Below the pieces are notes generated by a model. It had not been told where the DNA came from. It saw only the letters and a program-made list of their open reading frames with translations, and ran no database searches. Below are positions 53,595-62,196 of a stretch of DNA of 64,000 nt, piece after piece. Each line of letters starts with the position of its first letter. Positions within the stretch are counted from its first letter, which is position 1. This stretch comes from Anaeramoeba ignava BMAN. Its lineage: Eukaryota > Protista > Anaeramoebae. Location of the stretch: NCBI GenBank assembly GCA_028826165.1, contig JAPDFW010000064.1, forward strand, positions 310,001 through 374,000. The letters are read 5' to 3'. Both the position numbers and the translations under genes were made by a program.

Positions 53595-54932
53595 ATGAAC
53601 CATAGAAAATTAGTTCATATCTCAATGTCTTTATTTGCTTTATTGATCGGCAGATTTAGCAATACATTAATAACAATAAGTTGTATAATTGCATTTATTT
53701 CCAACATAATTATATTCCCAAAATTTGGAAGATTATTTGAAGATGAGAAAGATAAAAAATTAGGTTTTCCTGTTGGAATTCTAACATATCCAGCAATTCT
53801 AACAATAATATCAGTTATTTTTTTTCAACGGCAAATTTTCCTATCAATAGGATGGGGAATGCTTGCATTTGGAGATGGTTTTTGTGGACTTTTAGCCCAC
53901 AAATGGAGTTATTTTTATAATAACTACAAACTTCCTTGGAATCCAAATAAATCTTTATCTGGAATGTTGTTTTTCTTTTTTTTTGGTTTTTCCTTAACAA
54001 CTTTACTTGTCTTTCTTTTGCCCCCAGAAATTCGTCTTTTTTTGTATCCTAATCTTCGCTATTTTCATTGGATCATAACTATTTTTATAACATCAATCAT
54101 TTGCGCTTTTGTCGAGACAATTCCCAATTTTTTTGATGATAATCTAGTTGTCCCTTTGACTGGATCTTTTGCTTCTTTTTTAATAATGGAGTTTTTGGAT
54201 CACGGAAAATTCCAAACGGAAAATTCTTTTATGATTGGATTTTTAGTTGTTGTGGTTTTTGGTGTATTGAGCTACTTCTCAAAGAAAATTGATTTTATAG
54301 GAACTGTTGTTGGTTCAATTATTGCTATGTTAATGTATTTAGGAGGCGGTTTTGCCAGTTTAAATTTATTGATCATTTTTTTCGTTGGCGGATCATTAGC
54401 GACTCAATGGAAGATCAGTGAAAAAAGAAAAATGGAAGTTGCAGAGAAGAAAAAGGGGAAAAGAACGTTTTCTCATGCTCTCTGCAACGCCGGAACTGCA
54501 GCAATGTGCGGGTTTTTGGCTTGTGCTTTTCCTGAAAAGAAAATGTTTTTTTTAACTATGCTTGCAGGTAGTATGTCATCAGCAATGGGGGATACTTTAT
54601 CATCAGAATTAGGGAATTTATATGGTTCACATTTTTGGAACATCCTTAATTTCCGCAATGACAAAAGAGGTCTTGATGGTGTTGTTAGTCCTGAAGGTTC
54701 TTTGGCTGGTGTTTTTGGCAGTTTTTTGATTGCTTTTGTTTTCTCTTTTGGTTTTAGAAATCAACTCGATAATGTTTTTCTTGCTTTTTTCAAGGTTTTT
54801 CTGGCTGGAATTGTTGGAAATATTACTGATTCTGTTTTGGGTGCTAGTTTGCAAAGAATAGGTTTGATGTCCAATCATTCGGTTAATTTAGCAAATACAA
54901 TAGTTGGTGCTTTAATGGTTTCTTTATTTTAG
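53595..54932 (+). CDS. Fusion of CTP-dependent phytol/dolichol kinase (COG0170-like) and DUF92/TMEM19 (VTE6/COG1836-like)
   Basis: RKLVHI, LAFGDGF, LPWNPNKSLSG, FVETIP..DDNLVVP, then FFVGGSLAT, KKGKRTFSHALCN, GDTLSSELG, GLDGVVSPEG, DSVLGASLQ, NHSVN. Intronless. Confidence 0.88.
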   Translation: MNHRKLVHISMSLFALLIGRFSNTLITISCIIAFISNIIIFPKFGRLFEDEKDKKLGFPVGILTYPAILTIISVIFFQRQIFLSIGWGMLAFGDGFCGLLAHKWSYFYNNYKLPWNPNKSLSGMLFFFFFGFSLTTLLVFLLPPEIRLFLYPNLRYFHWIITIFITSIICAFVETIPNFFDDNLVVPLTGSFASFLIMEFLDHGKFQTENSFMIGFLVVVVFGVLSYFSKKIDFIGTVVGSIIAMLMYLGGGFASLNLLIIFFVGGSLATQWKISEKRKMEVAEKKKGKRTFSHALCNAGTAAMCGFLACAFPEKKMFFLTMLAGSMSSAMGDTLSSELGNLYGSHFWNILNFRNDKRGLDGVVSPEGSLAGVFGSFLIAFVFSFGFRNQLDNVFLAFFKVFLAGIVGNITDSVLGASLQRIGLMSNHSVNLANTIVGALMVSLF

Positions 54933-55077
54933 ATCAAAACTAAATTAAACAAAAAAAATAAATTTCAATTTGTTGTTCCACTTTTTTTTTTTTTTTTGTT
55001 TGAAATTCCAAAAAATAAAATTTATGTTCCACTTTTTTTCTTTATTTAAATTTTTTTTAAATTGTTTTAAATTTAAA

Positions 55078-58000
55078 TCATTTTTTCTTTTTTTCATCAT
55101 CTTCATCTTTTGTACTATCAAATATTGGAACAGGTTGAGTTTTAGAATATGCAGTAAAGAAAAAGGGTTTTCTGTTGCTTCTTTATGATGTTTCAAAATA
55201 CTTTCTCTTGGATCTTCCTCTAAAAGTTTTAAATATAATTTTAAATTTCAAAAATGAATTTTAATTTCAAAAATGAATTTTAATTTTAATTTACCATGAC
55301 GAGTATCTTTAATAATCTTTTTCATAAGATGCTTAGTCCAACTATTTCCAACTTTCCCTCCAAAACCTGGACCAGAAACTGGTTTTTCTGGTTGATATTT
55401 TTTAAAAGGATCATCAGGAATTTCATTTTGAGTTCTTCTTTTGCGAATTTTTAACCCTTTAACTTGAGATAATTCTGAATAAGAATAAATATGCCTAAAA
55501 ATAAAAAAAGAATTTTTCAGTTAGAAAATCTTATTATAAAATCTTATTTAAAAATCTTATTAAAAAATCTTATTAAAAAATCTTATTATAAAATCTTATT
55601 ATAAAATCTTATTAAAAAATCTTATTGAAAAATCTTATTAAAAAATCTTATTAAAAAATCTTATTATAAAATCTTATTAAAAAATTTACTGTTTAAAAGG
55701 TGTATCTTCGCTTTGTATTTTGATTTCATGTTCTACAGTCAAAATAGCACCCTTTCTACTTTGTTTAATATCATATAAAACATGTACTGAACCAGCTTCA
55801 GTACCAACAACAATTTGATTGATTTTTGGATGCCATAAAACATTAGTCAAACTTGCATTTGAAATTGGTACTTTGTATTTTAAATTTAAATTTTTCATGT
55901 CAATAAATACCAAGTCTCCTGTTTGTGAATTATCCTTAGACTCAGGATCAGGATCCACTGTTGTTCCTGTGATACAGAATTTCTCATCAGGACTAAATAC
56001 AGCATTCATATGAGATGAAGTATTTTGCAAATTAAATGTTGCTAATGGTTCTTCGTGTTTTCGAAGATCCCAAACTTTTTTGATATATTTTAAAAATGAA
56101 AAGTGTGTATTTAAATGTTTTAGATGACACAAATATTAGTGAGTGAAAGAAAAATAAAGGTTTGTTTTGGTTATTTTGAAATACCTTTTAATGTGCTGTC
56201 AGTTGATCTAGTAATGAAAAGATTTGTTTTTGAAAAAGAGATTGATGTAATTTCAAAGAGATCAATTTGGGATTGTTTAGGTGGAATATGTGCATGTGGA
56301 ATTTTCATAGTTGGTTTATTAAAAGGAGATTTTGTACTCCAAAAGCATATACTACCATCTTGACAAGCTAAGAATAATAAAATGAATAAATAAATAAAAG
56401 GAATAAATAAAATAAATAAAAGGAATAAATAAATAAAAGGAATAAATAAATAAAAGGAATAAATAAATAAATAAAAGGAATAAATAAATAAAAAAGGAAT
56501 AAAAAATAAGGAATAAATAAGGAATAAATAAATAAAAGGAATAAAATAAGGAATAAATAAGGAATAAAGGAATAAATAAGAATAAGTAAACAAAAAAAGG
56601 AATAAATAAAAAAAGGAATAAAATAAAACAAAAAGGAAAAACAAAAAGAAAAAAAAAGAATAAAATAAATAAAAAGGGAATAAATAAAATAAAAGAATAA
56701 AAAAGGAATAAATAAATAAGGAATAAAATAAAAATTAAATAAAATGAATAAATAAAATGAATAAATGAATAAATAAAATGAACAAAATAAAAGGAAATAA
56801 AAAGGAATAAATAAGGAACGAATAAAACGAATAAATGAATAAAAAGGAATAAATGAATAAAAAAACGAATAAATAAATAAAAAGGAATAAATAAATAAGG
56901 AATAAAAGGAATAAATAAAATGAACGAACAAACAAAAAAACAAAATAAAAAATAAATAAAATAAAATAAATAACGAACAAAATAAATAAAAACAAAAATA
57001 AATAAATAAATAAAATAAATGAATAAAAGGAATAAATGAAAACGAATAAATAAAATGAATAAATAAAAAACAAATAAAAAGGAATAAAATAAAGAATAAA
57101 AAAGGAAAAATAAAAAAGGAAAAAAAGGAATAAAAAGGAAATAAGAATAAATAAAGGAATAAATAAATAAATAAAAAGGAATAAAATAAAATAAATAAAA
57201 ATAAATAAAAAACAAAAAAATAAAAATAAAATGAATAAAGGAATAAATAAATAAAAGGCCGAAGTTAATAAAAGGAATAAGTAAATAAAAAGAATAAATA
57301 AATAAAAGGAATAAATAAATAAAAGGAATAAAATAAGGAATAAAAGGAATAAAAGGAATAAAAGGAATAAATAAAAGGAATAAGTTAATAAAAGGAATAA
57401 ATAAATAAAAGGAATAAATAAATAAAAGGAATAAAATAAGGAATAAATAAATAAATAAAAGGAATAAATAAATAAAAGGAATAAAATAAGGAATAAAAGG
57501 AATAAGTAAATAAAAGGAATAAATAAATAAAAGGAATAAATAAATGAAAGGAATAAAATGAGGGTTAGTAATTGATAAAGGGGTTTTAATGTTTGATTTG
57601 AGAAAATAAAAAAGTGTGAATTTACCTGAAGCTAAAAGTGTACCATCTCGTTTAAATTCTGCAGCTGTTATTGGCATCTTTCTTCCTTGTGCGTTTTTGT
57701 GTCTTAAGAGTGAAATTTGTGTTTTTTGATTTTCTACATCCCAGATACGAACTGTTCCATCACCAGAATAAGTAGCAAACATATTATGTTTTGTTGGATA
57801 CCAACAACACCCATTTAAACAAGTTGTGTGTCCTCTATTATTTAAAGAATAACAAATGAAAGAAAGAAATAATTTTAATTTTAATTTTAATTTTAATTTT
57901 AATTTTAATTTTAATTTTTATTTTAATTTTAATTTTAATTTTAATTTTAATTATAATTTTAATTTTTATCCGATTTTAATTTTAATTTTAATTTGAATTT

Positions 58001-59383
58001 TAATTTTAATTTTAATTTTAATTTTAATTTTAATTTTAATTTTAATTTTAATTTTAATTTTAATTTTAATTTTAATTTTAATTTTAATTTTAATTTTAAT
58101 TTTAATTTTAATTTAATTTTATAAATAAATTTTATAAATAAATTTTTATCCGATTTTAATTTTAATTTTAATTTTTTAAATTAATTTTAATTTTAATTTT
58201 AATTTTAATTTTAATTTTAATTTTATAAATAAATTTTTATCCGATTTTAATTTTAATTTTAATTTTTAAATTAATTTTAATTTTAATTTTTATCCGATTT
58301 TAATTTTCTTACTTTGTTAAACGAAGATCAACTAAATATTGATCACCGCGTGCATATTCAGCTAATTGATGACCTTCTCTAGAATAAAGTTTTGGGGTAG
58401 CTGCACCTGTTGCTACAAGAAATTTATCTCCACTCAATGAAAAACAAATTCCTTTTATTGGATGACCATAATAAGGTGTAATAGATCTAAATGGTTTTTT
58501 ATTAATTCTATCCATTGCAGCAAAATCCCAAAATTTAAGTGTATAATCATCAGATCCTGTTAACATTCTTGAGCCTAAAAAGTAATATATTTTAATTTTA
58601 ATTTTAATTTTAATTTTAATTTTAATTTTAATTTTAATTTTGATTTTGATTTTGATTTTAATTTTAATTTTAATTTTAATTTTAATTTTAATTTTAATTT
58701 TAATTTTAATTTTAATTTTAATTTTAAATTATAATTTTAATTATAATTTTAATTTTAATTTTAAATTATAATTTTAGCTTTAATTTAATTTTAATTTTAC
58801 CTGAAGGATCTATTGCTAAAGATCCTATTGTTTTTATATGTTCTGATAATAATAATTCAAAATTAACTGGAATATCTTCATAATGATCAGGTTTTAAATC
58901 TTGAGAATTATTTTCATTTTGAATTTCATTTTGATTTTCATTTTGATTTTGATTTTGATTTTCATTTTGATTTTCATTTTGGTTTTGATTTTGATTTTGA
59001 TTTTCAATTTGGTTTTGATTTTGATTTTGATTTTCATTTTGATTTTCATTTTCATTTTCATTTTGATTTTGATTTTCATTTTCAATTTCATTTTGATTTT
59101 GATTTTCATTTTGATTTTGATTTTGATTTTGGTTTTGGTTTTGATTTTTATTTTGGTTTTGATTTTTATTTTGGTTTTGATTTTGATTTTGATTTTTTGA
59201 ATTATAATGATCTTCAAAATATTCAACTTTTAAAATGGGTTTTTGATTTTGATTTCTTGGAATTTTTGGCTTTATTGGTTTTTCTTCTGCAATTGTTTTT
59301 TGTTCATGATTTTTCTTTTTTGGTCTTTTTTGAGTTGTTTGTTTACCAAAAGAAAGAGGAAACATAGCTCTAAAATCATCCAT
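55078..59383 (-). CDS. WDR70: WD40 protein WDR70 (gad-1-like)
   Basis: FPLSFGK, LKFWDFAAMD...PFR, GDQYLVDL..TKGHT, WHPKINQI, GPGFGG, EDPRESILKH...AYSKTQP. Six introns; frame break at about 55160. Confidence 0.92.
55525..55685. repeat. Intronic 13-nt repeat (AAAAATCTTATTA)n
   Basis: About 12 regular units in a WDR70 intron. Confidence 0.9.
56375..57560. repeat. Intronic (GGAATAAA[TAAA])n satellite
   Basis: Purine-rich on the + strand; fills WDR70 intron 3. Confidence 0.88.
57870..58305. repeat. Intronic (TTTTAA)n with repeated TATCCGAT units
   Basis: WDR70 intron 2; TTATCCGATTTTAA occurs four times. Confidence 0.85.
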
Positions 59384-59517
59384 TATTTCAAAAAAAAAAA
59401 AAAAAGAATTCAAATTAAAACAATTTTATAATAAAAATAAATGAAGAAAAAAAATGAAAAAAATGAAAAAAAATGATTTCATTTTTTTCTTTTCAATAAA
59501 AAATTTAAAATTAAAAA
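59384..59517. promoter_or_regulatory. Putative minimal bidirectional promoter, WDR70 / secreted paralog 1
   Basis: 134 bp; (ATGAAAAAA)n immediately followed by TTTCATTTTTTT. Confidence 0.55.
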
Positions 59518-61921
59518 ATGAAAATTTTCTTTTTAATATTTTTAATTTTATTTGCTTTCGCTATTGAACAAGATTATGTTATTGGTCCGCATGGAATTTC
59601 TGTTCATAAATCTTGTGTTCATCATGTTACTTCTGGTTCACATGTAAGAACATTAGATGATGGGTCAATTATTGCTGAATATAAAGGAGATATAAAATCA
59701 ATACCAAAATGTGAATATCCTTATAAATTTGTTTTAAATAAACAAAGAGAAAATGGAGATAATGCAGAACTTGATGGTTGGCAAGTTTGGGCGTAATTTT
59801 TTGCTTCTTTTTTTAAAAATTTAAATTAAAATTAAAATTATAATCAAAATCAAAATTAAAATTAAAATTAAATTGAAAATTAAGTGCTTTTGAACAAGAA
59901 AATCAAACAAGTTTTGATGTTTTTACAGATATTATGAGTGTTCCTCCAAATCCTACAACATTTACTGAGAATGGAATCATTTATCTTTTTCCTGGTCTTC
60001 AAAATGAATGGCTTAATTTAGATAAAGATTTTGATCCAAAAGATGAACATGATATTATTCAAGTAAAAATAATTAAAATCAAAAAATGAGATTTAATTAT
60101 TGATTTAATTATTGATTTAATTATTGATTTAATTATTAATTTAATTATTAATTTAATTATTGATTTAATTATTGATTTAATTATTGATTTAATTATTGAT
60201 TTAATTATTGATTTAATTATTGATTTAATTATTAATTTAATTATTAATTTAATTAGAATGGAATCATTTATTTAATTTTAATTTCTTTAAAAATTTGAAT
60301 GATTTAATTTTGATTTAATTATTGATTTAATTATTAATTTAATTATTAATTTAATTATTGATTTAATTATTGATTTAATTATTGATTTAATTATTAATTT
60401 AATTATTGATTTAATTATTGATTTAATTATTGATTTAATTATTAATTTAATTATTGATTTAATTATTGATTTAATTATTAATTTAATTATTTATTTAATT
60501 ATTAATTTTTTTTAATTATTGATTTAATTGATTAATTATTTATTTATTTATTGATTTTAATTTATTTATTTAATTTAATTATTAATTTAATTATTAATTT
60601 AATTATTAATTTAATTATTAATTAATTTAATTATTAATTTAATTATTAATTTAATTATTAATTTAATTATTGATTTAATTATTAATTTAATTATTATTTA
60701 TTATTATTTTAATTATTAATTTAATTATTAATTTAATTATTAATTTAATTATTGATTTAATTATTGATTTAATTATTGATTTAATTATTAATTTATTTAT
60801 TAATTTATTTATTAATTTAATTATTTATTTAATTATTTAATTATTGATTTAATTATTGATTTAATTATTGATTTAATTATTGATTTAATTATTGATTTAA
60901 TTATTGATTTAATTATTAATTTAATTATTAATTTAATTATTAATTTAATTATTGATTTAATTATTGATTTAATTATTAATTTAATTATTAATTTAATTAT
61001 TAATTATTAATTTAATTAACTATTAATTTAATTATTGATTTAATTATTAATTTAATTATTAATTTAATTATTTTAATTATTGATTTAATTATTAATTTAA
61101 TTATTAATTTAATTATTAATTTAATTATTGATTTAATTATTGATTTAATTATTGATTTAATTATTGATTTAATTATTTATTTAATTATTAATTTAATTAT
61201 TAATTTAATTATTTTAATTATTGATTTAATTAATTTAATTATTGATTTAATTAATTTAATTATTGATTTAATTATTGATTTAATTATTGATTTAATTATT
61301 TATTTAATTATTTATTTAATTATTAATTTAATTATTAATGATTTTGCTGTTGATTTTATAGCCAGGTATTTTTTTGGAAATTTAAATATTTTTTTGGAAA
61401 TTAAAATAATTTTTTGGAAATTAAAATAATTTTGTTCCACTTTTTTTTTTTTTGATAAATATTAAATAGTTCTTCAATATGCAAAATCAAGTACAGGAGA
61501 AGGATATACTTGGGCAGTAGCATCATGGTATGTAACAAGCAGTTCTGGATATTTAGTATCAGATTTAATAGAAGTATCACCAAAAGAGAACATTATTTGC
61601 TCAATGGTTCATGCAGGACAAGGATCAACTCAATGGACAATCAATGCAACTGTTCAATCAACTGGAAAGACAACTTCTTTAACAGTTTCAAAAGAAATTC
61701 TTATTACTCAAAAATGGGCTTTTATTACTTTGGAAGTTTATTATTTAACTACTTGTGATTATTATCCATCTGCTCCTTCTTATTTTACTCAAAATGTTTT
61801 GATTTCTCATGGAAAACAAATTACTCCAAAATGGACTGCTTATTCTAAATATGATCCTACAATTTGTGGTGAAGCTGTGAATATTGAAAGTCCTGAATCA
61901 GTTACAATTACATTTTCTTAA
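59518..61921 (+). CDS. Secreted protein, glutamic-peptidase(G1)/ConA-fold-like family, paralog 1
   Basis: Signal peptide, GPHG..HKSCVHHV pro-region, YLFPGLQN, DIIQPVLQY, WAVASWY, TLEVY. Exons 59518-59792, 59885-60062, 61362-61365, 61470-61921. The fold assignment is an inference. Confidence 0.7.
60090..61338. repeat. Intronic 12-nt satellite (TTTAATTATTGA)n
   Basis: Fills intron 2 of paralog 1. Confidence 0.92.
61362..61365 (+). other. 4-nt microexon CCAG (paralog 1)
   Basis: ttttatag|CCAG|gtattt; needed to read IIQ-P-V-LQY in frame. Confidence 0.85.
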
Positions 61922-62196
61922 TTTCCAAAAATTAATTTTGATTTTGATTTTAATTTTGATTTTGATTTCAATTTTCATTTCTAATAATGAATTCATTTTA
62001 ATTTTGATTATGATTTTAATTTTTGATTTTTGATTTTTTATTTTTCATTTTAATTTTAATTTTTATTTTAATTTTAATTTTAATTTTAATTTTAATTTTG
62101 ATTTTATTTTAATTTTAATTTTGATTTTAATTTTAATTTTAATTTTAATTTTGATTTTTCATTTTTTTCTTTTCAATAAAAAATTTAAAATTAAAA

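Noticed and set aside
56375-57560. GGAATAAA repeat as an interstitial telomere
   Set aside because: Degenerate, variable period, lies within a GT-AG intron and has no regular G-run unit.
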